Source: Candidatus Poribacteria bacterium (GTDB lineage: Bacteria; Poribacteria; WGA-4E; WGA-3G). Taken from it: DNA of 64,000 nt. A program made the translations under genes and the position numbers. The notes beneath the pieces were generated by a model that saw only the letters and a program-made list of their open reading frames with translations, searched no databases and was not told the origin of the DNA. Shown here piece after piece: positions 45,578 to 54,759 of this stretch. The stretch's first letter is position 1; every line of letters starts with the position of its first letter. Where the stretch lies: positions 3,232,001 to 3,296,000 of the forward strand of contig OZ242029.1 of the NCBI GenBank assembly GCA_965205015.1. Reading direction: 5' to 3'.

Positions 45578-48500
45578 TTACGCATCTTTTTTACGTCTGT
45601 AGACCAGTAGGTTTCGGTATTTACGAAACACCTCTACGGTCTCAGTTGCTTTCTTTTGGGTAGCGATGTCTAATGGTGTTTCGCCATTGTTGGTTTCCGC
45701 ATGAACATCTACACCACGATCTAATAATACCTCGGCTGTTTTATACGCATTGTGCCATGCTGCTTCATGTAGAGGCATATATCCATGGTGGTCTTTTGCC
45801 TCAATATCCGCCCCGTATTTTAACAAGACTTCGGCTGTTTTATACGCATTGTGCTGTGCTGCTTCATGTAGAGGCGTATATCCATATTTGTCTTTTGCCT
45901 CAATATCCGCGCCATGTTTGATGAGTCTCTCAGTTTGCTCATAACTGTCGTTCTTCGCTGCCAAGTGCAACAACGTCTCACTATCCGAGTTTCTGTATTT
46001 ACAAAACACCTCCAGGGTCTCAGTCGCTTTCTTTCGTATAGCATTGTGCAATGCTGCTATATGTAGTGGTGTCCATCCATTATTGCTTTTTGCATTGACA
46101 TCTGCCCCGTTATCAATCAGGACTTCGGCTGTTGTATAAGCATTATTCCGAGCTGCTTCATGTAGTGGGGTATTACCCCATTTGTTTTCTACCATAGTAT
46201 CCGCCCCATTATCAATTAGTATTTCGGCTGCTTTATGCGTATTGTGCAATGCTGCAGTATGTAGAGGGGTATTCCCTGATCGGTCTTCTGCCTCAATATT
46301 CGCCCCATTTTTCAGTAAAACTTCTGCCATTTCGTAAGCATCGTGACGGGCTACATGATGTAGCAGAGCCTCACCTTTCCCATCCTTTACGTCTACATCC
46401 GCGCCATGTTTGATGAGTCTCTCCGCTTGTTCATAACTGTCGTTCTTCACTGCTAAGTGCAACAACGTCTCCCCAGATGCGTTTCGGTATTTACAGAACA
46501 CCTCCACGGTCTCAGTCGCTTTCATTCGTATAGCGATGTCTAATGGCGTTTCGCCACTGCTGGTTTCCGCATGAACATCTACACCACACTCCAATAATAC
46601 CTCGGCTGTTTTATGCGCATTGTGCAATGCTGCTATATGTAGTGGTGTCCAGCGACTGTTGTTTTTTGCGTTGACATCTGCTCCATTATCAATCAGTATT
46701 TCGGCTGCTTTATGCGCATTGTGCCATGCTGCTCTATGTAGAGGGGTATTCCCCGATCGGTCTTCTGCGTCTATATCCACCCCATTATTAATCAGTATTT
46801 CGGCTATTTCATAATCACTTTGTGATGCAGCAGTATGTAGGGGGGGCCAGCGACTGTTGCTTTTTGCGTTGACATCTGTCCCATTATTAATCAGTATTTC
46901 GGCTGCTTTATGTGCATTGTGCAATGCTGCTATATGTAGTGGTGTCCAGCTGTCCCTATCTTTTGTGTTGACATCCGCTCCATTATTAATCAGTATTTCG
47001 GCTATTTCATAATCATTTTGTGATGCTGCTATATGTAGTGGTATCCAGTCCCTGTTACTTTTTGCGTTGACATTTGCTCCATTGTCAATCAGTATTTCGG
47101 CTGCTTTATGTGCATTGTGCAATGCTGCTTCATGTAGAGGGGTACATCCATATTGGTTTTCTGCCTCAATATCCGCCCCATTATCAATCAGTATTTCGGC
47201 TGCTTTATGCGTATTGTGCCATGCAGCAGTATGTAGAGGGGTATTCCCTGATCGGTCTTCTGCCTCAATATCCGCGCCATGTTTGATGAGTCTCTCAGTT
47301 TGCTCATAGTTGTCGTTCTTCACTGCTAAGTGCAACAACGTCTCACCAGATGCGTTTCTATATTTACAAAACACCTCCACAGTCTCAGTCGCTTTCATTC
47401 GTATAGCGATGTCTAATGGCGTTTTGCCCCTGCTGGTTTCCGCATGAACATCTACACCGCGCTCCAATAATACCTCGGCTGTTTTATGTGCATTGTGCAA
47501 TGCTGCTTCATGTAGTGGTGTCCAGTCCCTGTTGCTTTTTACGTTGACCTCTGCCCCGTTATCAATCAGTATTTCGGCTATTTCATAATCACTTCGTGAT
47601 GCAGCAGTATGTAGTGGTGTCCATCCATTGTTGTTTTTTGCGTTGACCTCTGCTCCATTATCAATCAGTATTTCGGTTGCTTTATACGCATTGTGCAATG
47701 CTGCAGTATGTAGAGGGGTATTCCTCGACTGGTCTTCTGCCTCAATATCCGCTCTATGTTTGATGAGTTTCTCTATTTGTTCATAACTGCCGTTCTTCAC
47801 TACTAAGTGCAGCAACGTCTCACTATCCGAGTTTCTATATTTACAAAACACATCAATGGTCTTAGTTGCTTTCTTTCCGGTAGCGATGTCTAATGGCGTT
47901 TCGCCCCTGCTGGTTTCCGCATGAATATCTGCACCACGCTCCAATAATACCTCGGCTGTTTTATGTGCATTGTGCAATGCTGCTTCATGTAGAGGGGTAC
48001 ATCCAAATTGGTTTTCTGCTTCTATATCCGCCCCATTATCAATCAGTATTTCGGTTGCTTTATACGCATTTTGCAATGCTGCAGTATGTAGAGGAGTATT
48101 CCCCGATCGGTCTTTTGCCTCAATATCCGCTCCGTGTTTGATGAGTCTCTCAGTTTGCTCATAACTGCCGTCCTTCACTGCCAAGTGCAGCAACGTCTCG
48201 CCAGATGCGTTTCGGTATTTACAAAACACATCAATGGTCTTAGTCGCATTTTCTTGTATAGCAATGTCTAATGGCGTTTTACCACTACTGATTTCTGCAT
48301 GAACATCTGCACCGCGCCCCAATAATACCTCGGCTGTTTTATACGCATTTTTCAGAGCTGCTATGTGTAGTGGTGTCCATCCACTGTTGGTTTCCGCATG
48401 AACATCTGCACCGCGCCCCAATAATACCTCGGCTGTTTTATGTGCATTGTGCAATGCTGCAAGATGTAGTGGTGTACATTCATATTGGTTTTCTGCCTCA

Positions 48501-51211
48501 ATATCCGCCCCATATTTCAACAAGACTTCGGCTGTTTTATGTGCATTGTGCAATGCTGCTTCATGTAGAGGGGTACATCCAAATTGGTTTTCTACCTCTA
48601 TATCCACCCCATTTTTTAGTAAAACTTCGGCCATTTCGTAAGCATCCTGACGGGCTGCATGATGTAGCAGAGCCTCACCTTCCCCATCCTTTGCGTCTAT
48701 ATCCGCTCCATGTTTGATGAGTCTCTCTATTTGCTCATAACTGTCGTTCTTCACTGCCAAGTGCAACAACGTCTCACCAGATGCGTTTCGGTATTTACAA
48801 AACACATCAATGGTCTCGGTCGCATTTTCTTGTATAGCGATGTCTAATGGCATCTTGCCACTGCTGATTTCCGCATGGACATCTGCACCGCGATCCAATA
48901 ATACCTCGGCTGTTTTATACGCATTTTTCAGAGCTGCTATATGTAGTGATGTCCAGCCATCCTTATCTTTTCTGTTGACCTCTGCTCCATTATCAATCAG
49001 GACTTTGGCTGTTTGATATGCATCCGAAAATGCTACTGCATATAGTGATGTCCAGCCGTCCTTATCTTTTGCGTTGACATCTGCCCCGTTATCAATCAGG
49101 ACTTCGGCGCATTCATGATTCTTCTGTGATGCTGCTATATGTAGTGATGTCCAGCCATCCTTATCTTTTCTGTTGACCTCTGCTCCATTATCAATCAGCA
49201 TTTCGGCTGTTTTATATCCATTGTTCCGGGTGGCTTCATGTAGAGGGGTACATCCATATTGGTTTTCTGCCTCAATATCCGCCCCATTTTTTAGTAAAAC
49301 TTCCGCTATCTCGTAGGCATCCTGAAACACTACCCAATGTAGCGGGGTGCAACTTTTATCATCCTTTGCGTCTATATCCGCCCCATGTTTGATGAGTCTC
49401 TTTATTTGCTCATAACTGTTGTTCTTCACTGCCAAGTGCAACAACGTCTCACCAGATGCGTTTCGGTATTTACAAAACACCTCCACGGTCTCAGTCGCTT
49501 TCTTTTCGGTAGCGATGTCTAATGGCGTTTCGCCCCTGCTGGTTTTCGCATGAACATCTACACCACGCTCCAATAATACCTCGGCTGTTTTATATCCATT
49601 GTTCCGGGTGGCTTCATGTAGAGGGGTACATCCATATTGGTTTTCTGCTTCTATATCTGCCCCATTGTCAATCAGTATTTCGGCTGCTTTATGCGTATTG
49701 TACCATGCAGCAGTATGTAGAGGGGTATTACCTGATCGGTCTTCTGCCTCAAAATCCGCCCTGTATTTCAACAATACCTCGGCTGTTTTATGTGCATTGT
49801 GCCATGCAGCAGTATGTAGGGGGGTATTACCTGATCGATCTTCTGTCTCTATATCCGCCCCATTTTTTAGTAAAACTTCGGCCATTTCGTAAGCATCCTG
49901 ACGGGCTGCATGATGTAGCAGAGCCTCACCTTCCCCATCCTTTGCGTCTATATCCGCGCCATGTTTGATGAGTTTCTCAGTTTGCTCATAACTGCCGTTC
50001 TTCACTGCTAAGTGCAACAACGTCTCACCAGATGCGTTTCGGTATTTACAAAACACATCAATGGTTTCAGTCGCATTTTCTTCTATAGCGATGTCTAATG
50101 GCGTTTCGCCACTGTGGGTTTCCGCATGAACATCTGCACCGCAATCCAATAATACTGTGGTTGTTTTATACGCATTATGAGATGCTGCTTCATGTAGTGG
50201 TGTCCATCCACTGTTGCTTTTTGCGTTGACGTCTGCTCCATGATTAATCAGGGCTTCGGCTATTTCATAATCATTTTGTGATGCTGCAAGATGTAAAGGG
50301 GTTCGTCCATATTCATCTCTGGCATCGACATCTGGCAGTAATCTACAGGAGGTTGGAACCCGGATCGTGCCACCGTTTGTAGTAATCACAAGCGTCGTTT
50401 CGTACGTTTCGTATGGTGTTAGCCGGTTTGCATCAAGTGTGATAGAGACGGGACCCCCACCGAGGACCTCACGCTCTGAAATTTCCAGTCCTGGCAATTC
50501 CTTTGAAAATTCAACCTCGCCATGGAGAAACCCGCGCCCGACATTTGTAATCTCAAGGTTCACGGTTTCCTGTGTATCAGTAGCAATGTTGTCAAAGTCT
50601 ATACGCGACAGACTGATCTGAGCCTCCGGCTTCCCGATATGAGGGTCCAGCGTTTGCACTAACATTTCCAACCCGACATCTTGTCTCGACCTGTATTGTT
50701 CTGTAATGTCTTTCGCAGTGTGTGCCAGTCGTGGTTGGTGAATACCTTCAAGCCATCTCGGAATCACACCGCTATAGAGTAACGTCTTGGCTTCCGTCCA
50801 ATTGCCATCAATCAAACGCGCCAAGTGCTGAGGTGTGTCGGGTTGATCGCCGTTTGTGAATGTGAACACAAAGGGTGCCGTTTCTCTTTTCGGCTCTGGT
50901 ATGTGCTCCTGTCGTTTTTGTAGATCAATTTCTGCTATGTGCGCCTGCCGTTTTTGCGGATCAATCAAAACGGCTTTTGCTTTATTCAGAATGTCCCGCC
51001 ACTGCTCTTCTGTTTTGCCATCAAGCCGAGGGCGCCCCCCCGCATTTAAAGACGCTCTATAAAGATTTTTATGCTTAGCGTCAACCTGTGCCGCAATAGT
51101 AGACTCAGAAAGGCTCTGAATATCCTCAACGGAGATCTCCAACACCTCAAAATAGTTAATGAATTCATCGCGTTTGGACATACTGTAGCTCTTTCGTATA
51201 TTCAAAGGCAT
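45578..51211 (-). CDS. Giant ankyrin-repeat protein with N-terminal degenerate J-like domain and BACON/Ig-like domain
   Basis: Roughly 45 TPLH.AA…GADV repeats from about residue 293; N-terminal NYFEVLEI…LNKAKAVL.DP.KR..H; middle DF…ITNVGRG.L.G…TTNGG; alternative start ATG 51181. Confidence 0.9.
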   Translation of the reverse strand: MPLNIRKSYSMSKRDEFINYFEVLEISVEDIQSLSESTIAAQVDAKHKNLYRASLNAGGRPRLDGKTEEQWRDILNKAKAVLIDPQKRQAHIAEIDLQKRQEHIPEPKRETAPFVFTFTNGDQPDTPQHLARLIDGNWTEAKTLLYSGVIPRWLEGIHQPRLAHTAKDITEQYRSRQDVGLEMLVQTLDPHIGKPEAQISLSRIDFDNIATDTQETVNLEITNVGRGFLHGEVEFSKELPGLEISEREVLGGGPVSITLDANRLTPYETYETTLVITTNGGTIRVPTSCRLLPDVDARDEYGRTPLHLAASQNDYEIAEALINHGADVNAKSNSGWTPLHEAASHNAYKTTTVLLDCGADVHAETHSGETPLDIAIEENATETIDVFCKYRNASGETLLHLAVKNGSYEQTEKLIKHGADIDAKDGEGEALLHHAARQDAYEMAEVLLKNGADIETEDRSGNTPLHTAAWHNAHKTAEVLLKYRADFEAEDRSGNTPLHTAAWYNTHKAAEILIDNGADIEAENQYGCTPLHEATRNNGYKTAEVLLERGVDVHAKTSRGETPLDIATEKKATETVEVFCKYRNASGETLLHLAVKNNSYEQIKRLIKHGADIDAKDDKSCTPLHWVVFQDAYEIAEVLLKNGADIEAENQYGCTPLHEATRNNGYKTAEMLIDNGAEVNRKDKDGWTSLHIAASQKNHECAEVLIDNGADVNAKDKDGWTSLYAVAFSDAYQTAKVLIDNGAEVNRKDKDGWTSLHIAALKNAYKTAEVLLDRGADVHAEISSGKMPLDIAIQENATETIDVFCKYRNASGETLLHLAVKNDSYEQIERLIKHGADIDAKDGEGEALLHHAARQDAYEMAEVLLKNGVDIEVENQFGCTPLHEAALHNAHKTAEVLLKYGADIEAENQYECTPLHLAALHNAHKTAEVLLGRGADVHAETNSGWTPLHIAALKNAYKTAEVLLGRGADVHAEISSGKTPLDIAIQENATKTIDVFCKYRNASGETLLHLAVKDGSYEQTERLIKHGADIEAKDRSGNTPLHTAALQNAYKATEILIDNGADIEAENQFGCTPLHEAALHNAHKTAEVLLERGADIHAETSRGETPLDIATGKKATKTIDVFCKYRNSDSETLLHLVVKNGSYEQIEKLIKHRADIEAEDQSRNTPLHTAALHNAYKATEILIDNGAEVNAKNNNGWTPLHTAASRSDYEIAEILIDNGAEVNVKSNRDWTPLHEAALHNAHKTAEVLLERGVDVHAETSRGKTPLDIAIRMKATETVEVFCKYRNASGETLLHLAVKNDNYEQTERLIKHGADIEAEDRSGNTPLHTAAWHNTHKAAEILIDNGADIEAENQYGCTPLHEAALHNAHKAAEILIDNGANVNAKSNRDWIPLHIAASQNDYEIAEILINNGADVNTKDRDSWTPLHIAALHNAHKAAEILINNGTDVNAKSNSRWPPLHTAASQSDYEIAEILINNGVDIDAEDRSGNTPLHRAAWHNAHKAAEILIDNGADVNAKNNSRWTPLHIAALHNAHKTAEVLLECGVDVHAETSSGETPLDIAIRMKATETVEVFCKYRNASGETLLHLAVKNDSYEQAERLIKHGADVDVKDGKGEALLHHVARHDAYEMAEVLLKNGANIEAEDRSGNTPLHTAALHNTHKAAEILIDNGADTMVENKWGNTPLHEAARNNAYTTAEVLIDNGADVNAKSNNGWTPLHIAALHNAIRKKATETLEVFCKYRNSDSETLLHLAAKNDSYEQTERLIKHGADIEAKDKYGYTPLHEAAQHNAYKTAEVLLKYGADIEAKDHHGYMPLHEAAWHNAYKTAEVLLDRGVDVHAETNNGETPLDIATQKKATETVEVFRKYRNLLVYRRKKDA

Positions 51212-51250
51212 CGCGGCTAAAATTATGGATTGCTACAAAGGGATACCAGT

Positions 51251-52846
51251 TTATTCGACTGTCAAACCTTGCATATCTGTTTGTGCCTGTGTGACAGCTT
51301 CTTCATCAAGTGTGGGTCGTTTAATGATGGAGAAAACATCATAAACTGCGGTTGCCCCCTTGTGGCTCAGAGATTTTGCCGTTACTTCAAGCACTTGGTC
51401 AAAGTTATATTTGTAAGTAACATGAACAGGAGATCCTGCTGGTAGTCCTGGGGGTAGTTCGAGGGTACATTCACCCAATTTATATTCGTCGAAAAGATCT
51501 ATATCGTCTTTTCGTTGATCCTGTTCAAGGCTCTGGACAACCTCAATCAAGACTAAGCGTTGGTTGTTGTCCACTGTTCCAAACTGATCTGCTATCTCAC
51601 AGGGGACTGGAGTCATTTTCTTAATCATGACGTGGATAATAGACTCGCGTGCTGCGTTGAGAACAACAAGCCCAAGATTATGTGTAGCACCATCGGTCAC
51701 AGTCACTTTAGGAGCACCGTCCGCTCCGATGAACTGTTCAATCACAGCGGCAGACATATCGGCTGTTGCTGCGTCCTCTTCGGATATCTGGCGGAGTGTT
51801 CCCTGAATTGCTGCCCCCAAGGCAACCGCTTCGTCAGGGTTGATTTCATTCGGGTTGATCTCTTTACCGCTGATGGTTGCGAGCATTTCTTGCACCATGG
51901 GCATCCGAGTGGATCCCCCTACTAATAGTACGGTGTCAATATCTGTCCATGTCATGTTGCCTTCATCGAGGACTATGTCGCAGAGGACTCGACATCTCTC
52001 AAGGAGTGCAGCAGTGAGTTCCTGAAACTTTTCACGCGTCAATTCTACACGTGTCGTCTTACCATTATATCCGCAAACGATGCGTGCTTTTTCTCGCCGT
52101 GACAAAGATTCTTTCGCACCGATTGCATTAAGTTGAAGGTCTTGATACGTGTGAAGGTCCTGTAACGGGTTCTCACCGTGTTCAATCTCAAACATTTTGG
52201 CAACATAGATAATAATGGCATTGTCCCAATCTTTACCCCCGAGTCTGTGATCTCCGTTCGTTGCGAGCATCTGGATTGTGGATTGGGAAACTTTCATAAG
52301 GGTTACATCGAGTGTTCCACCGCCAAGGTCAAACACAAATACGTTCTGGTCGGTGTCGAGTTGATCTATTCCATAAGCGAGCGCGGCGGCCGTCGGTTCG
52401 TTCAGTACCTGTAGGACGTTCAACCCGGCAATTTTACCGGCGTTGCGCGTGGCTTCGCGTTCTGCATCGCGAAAATAGGCGGGAACCGTAATAACAGCAT
52501 CCGTGATTTCGGTGTTGAGATATGCTTCGGCATCTTGTTTGAGTTTTGTCAAAATCAGTGCGGATAGTTCTTCGGGTGAATAGTTCTTATCATCAAAGTT
52601 TCGGAAAAACGTTTCTTTTGATTTCCCCATCTCGCGTTTGACGAATTCAACAATTTGTTCTGGAACTGATCTGGCGTTCTGTTTGGCGATTTTTCCGACG
52701 GTAACAAGATCGTCTTCAAACATAACCACCGACGGGGTAATCCGATCGCTTTCGGCGTTCGGTATAATTTCTGGCTGCCCATATTCGTCAATGTGCGCAA
52801 TGGCTGAAAATGTTGTACCTAAATCAATACCAACAACTTTACCCAT
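51251..52846 (-). CDS. Hsp70/DnaK-family protein lacking the C-terminal helical lid
   Basis: GIDLGTT, TVPAYF, NEPTAAA, FDLGGGT, VGGSTRMP and NPDEAVALGAA motifs; only 531 aa. Confidence 0.92.
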   Translation of the reverse strand: MGKVVGIDLGTTFSAIAHIDEYGQPEIIPNAESDRITPSVVMFEDDLVTVGKIAKQNARSVPEQIVEFVKREMGKSKETFFRNFDDKNYSPEELSALILTKLKQDAEAYLNTEITDAVITVPAYFRDAEREATRNAGKIAGLNVLQVLNEPTAAALAYGIDQLDTDQNVFVFDLGGGTLDVTLMKVSQSTIQMLATNGDHRLGGKDWDNAIIIYVAKMFEIEHGENPLQDLHTYQDLQLNAIGAKESLSRREKARIVCGYNGKTTRVELTREKFQELTAALLERCRVLCDIVLDEGNMTWTDIDTVLLVGGSTRMPMVQEMLATISGKEINPNEINPDEAVALGAAIQGTLRQISEEDAATADMSAAVIEQFIGADGAPKVTVTDGATHNLGLVVLNAARESIIHVMIKKMTPVPCEIADQFGTVDNNQRLVLIEVVQSLEQDQRKDDIDLFDEYKLGECTLELPPGLPAGSPVHVTYKYNFDQVLEVTAKSLSHKGATAVYDVFSIIKRPTLDEEAVTQAQTDMQGLTVE

Positions 52847-53732
52847 CTATATCTGTCTCCTTTTCGGGTTTTGAATTTTCGACCATATCCTTTTTAGGTG
52901 TTGTTTCTTGGAGGACTGCCGTTTCTTGAGATTCATTCTCAGGCTGCGTATACCGTGAGATTTTCACCTCTGCTGGACGAATTACCTTCTCGTGCCAATA
53001 GAAACCGACTTTATGAATGTGAACCACCTTTTGATCTTCATCAGGGTTCGCTGTTGGCACGGTCTCAACGGTCTTATGAAGTTCTCTATTAAGATTCTCG
53101 GAATGATCTTCTGCTTCATAGGGACGGACATCCATGCGATACAGCACCTCTTCCAGTTCAAAACGGAGATTCTCCAAATTGCTACGAAAGTGTGTCAATT
53201 TTTCTTGGGTATATGGATGAGACGGCACTTCTGCCTGTCCTTCATCACAGATTTCGGTTAATTGCGATTCAACCTCCACAAAACTATCATACAACTGAAT
53301 GAGATTATGGACAATTGGTTTATGAATTGCCTCAAGAAGGGCATTTTCCTTGTAATCCTTCATTTCACGATAGACTGTGGCGAACATCTTTTGTTGATTC
53401 TGGTTACGCCCGATCTGATGTTGAAACAGATTCTCTAACCGCGTCAAGGATTGGTGCATCCCCGTTAGAACGTTTTGAAGAGGTTCAATACCTTTATTCT
53501 CAGACGGGGCTGCTTCTTTCGTTGAAGTGGTATCAGGAGCTACCTCGGTTTGAGAACCGTTTCCGTTTTTGGTTGGATGTGGGGTCTTCTCAGGCGTTCG
53601 CGGTGTTGATCCAACATCCTTCTCTGATCCGCTTTCTACGTTACCCGCTGCCTCTTTCGAAGAAAAATCGGTATCCATATCAGAATTTGAAGCCGCGCTT
53701 GTCTCATCAGTCTTTAACGCTTCTTTGCACAA
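52839..53732 (-). CDS. grpE: GrpE-like nucleotide exchange factor
   Basis: Disordered N-terminus, coiled coil, and H..V..…VVHIHKVGF..HEKVIRPAEV C-terminal motif; overlaps the Hsp70 start. Confidence 0.8.
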   Translation of the reverse strand: MCKEALKTDETSAASNSDMDTDFSSKEAAGNVESGSEKDVGSTPRTPEKTPHPTKNGNGSQTEVAPDTTSTKEAAPSENKGIEPLQNVLTGMHQSLTRLENLFQHQIGRNQNQQKMFATVYREMKDYKENALLEAIHKPIVHNLIQLYDSFVEVESQLTEICDEGQAEVPSHPYTQEKLTHFRSNLENLRFELEEVLYRMDVRPYEAEDHSENLNRELHKTVETVPTANPDEDQKVVHIHKVGFYWHEKVIRPAEVKISRYTQPENESQETAVLQETTPKKDMVENSKPEKETDIDG

Positions 53733-53837
53733 AATTACTATCTCCTTCCAGTGTCAAAACGTAACTGCCTTGTGGGGCGATGCGCTCTTTTTTTTTCACT
53801 ATAAAGCAACATGTACTCGTTGCCAGCAATACCCGAC

Positions 53838-53945
53838 ATATAGCAAAATTTAGAATTAATTGGACACTCTGCCCCAGCGAGGTTGGGAAACCTCGCCTAC
53901 CGAGTACGGGTGGAATGTCTGTTTATTTTTCGGATTTACCATATA
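53838..53945. mobile_element. MITE-like element with REP hairpin (relative of 15654-15778)
   Basis: TATAGCAAAATTTAGAATTAATTGGACA ... TGTCTGTTTATTTTTCGGATTTACCATAT ends around GCGAGGTTGGGAAACCTCGCCTAC. Confidence 0.65.
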
Positions 53946-53949
53946 AGAC

Positions 53950-54195
53950 TCAACAACACTGCGACACTAACTTCCAATAGTTGGCGTGGTGCACAAAAAG
54001 TTGTTGTCTGTCCAACTCAAACACGGGAATCAGATACTTATATTTCGTGAAGAGTCCGAGATTCTTTGTGATGTCAATTTCTTCTACTGCAATAAACAAT
54101 GTCTTTGCTTCAATGCGCTGCAGCACCACTTTTGCCTCGTCGCAGAGCGGGCAATCCGGTTTCGTGTAGAGCTGGAGTTGGATTGGAATTTCCAT
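53950..54195 (-). CDS. Second, 3'-shortened glutaredoxin-like (DUF836) copy
   Basis: About 200 bp highly similar to 45270-45470; CPLC motif intact. Confidence 0.7.
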   Translation of the reverse strand: MEIPIQLQLYTKPDCPLCDEAKVVLQRIEAKTLFIAVEEIDITKNLGLFTKYKYLIPVFELDRQQLFVHHANYWKLVSQCC

Positions 54196-54414
54196 ACGCT
54201 AAAGTTTAGCACAAGCAGCGAAGAATTACACTCACTTTTTACGTCTATCCCAAAGGCATGCCATTGTTAAATTGTCTGAATCGTGGATTACACGGATTAC
54301 GTAGACTTTAAGATATTTACCATCGGAAACAGATTCGAGACTTGGAGAATTTCATACAGAATTGAATGGCTCTGATTTACCTCATTTTTTCCATTGACCC
54401 CATTGACAAACCAT

Positions 54415-54443
54415 TTGACTTTTGTCAGAAACTTTGGTATATT
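54415..54443 (+). promoter_or_regulatory. Near-consensus sigma70 promoter about 315 nt upstream of the 54760 gene
   Basis: TTGACT-17 bp-TATATT, preceded by TG (extended -10). Confidence 0.6.
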
Positions 54444-54522
54444 TAAAGTAGCGTAGTTGGTAGAGAATGCTACCCTCGTCGCGTAGCGAGGTCTCTACCG
54501 CCACTGAGTACCATCGGGAACT

Positions 54523-54690
54523 ATGCGGGGGTCAACTCTGCGAAATATCACACACAAACTTTTTCATGATAAAGACTTGAAGCGTCTGCATAATGATATG
54601 AAAGATGCGAGTCGCCGATGTTCTACAGATAGAATGCCGATAAACTGTCAAAAGCACGAAGGGCGCGTTCCCGTAAGGTCATCAGAATAA
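54523..54690 (+). CDS. Possible 55-aa leader ORF (MRGSTLRNITHKLFHDKDLKRLHNDMKDASRR…)
   Basis: ATG 54523 to TAA 54690 read manually; below the ORF-track cutoff; no recognisable motif. Confidence 0.25.
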   Translation: MRGSTLRNITHKLFHDKDLKRLHNDMKDASRRCSTDRMPINCQKHEGRVPVRSSE

Positions 54691-54759
54691 ACATCTCATG
54701 CTCACCTCGGTCAGGCGAATATCTCGGAGATTTTCGTTCAAAAAAAAAAGGAAATATTT

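Noticed and set aside
45673-50621. Many plus-strand ORFs within the ankyrin gene (likewise within the WD40 gene and other CDSs)
   Set aside because: These are antisense shadows of repetitive coding sequence with no independent motifs.
45578-51211. Diversity-generating retroelement target
   Set aside because: There is no reverse transcriptase and no template/variable repeat pair with adenine-specific differences; the variation fits ordinary repeat recombination.
51251-52846. Housekeeping dnaK
   Set aside because: Too short, with no lid, a divergent linker, and no canonical dnaJ or hrcA nearby.
54448-54520. tRNA-like start GTAGCGTAGTTGGTAGAG
   Set aside because: It resembles a D-arm only; no TTCGA T-loop, anticodon arm or acceptor stem could be built.
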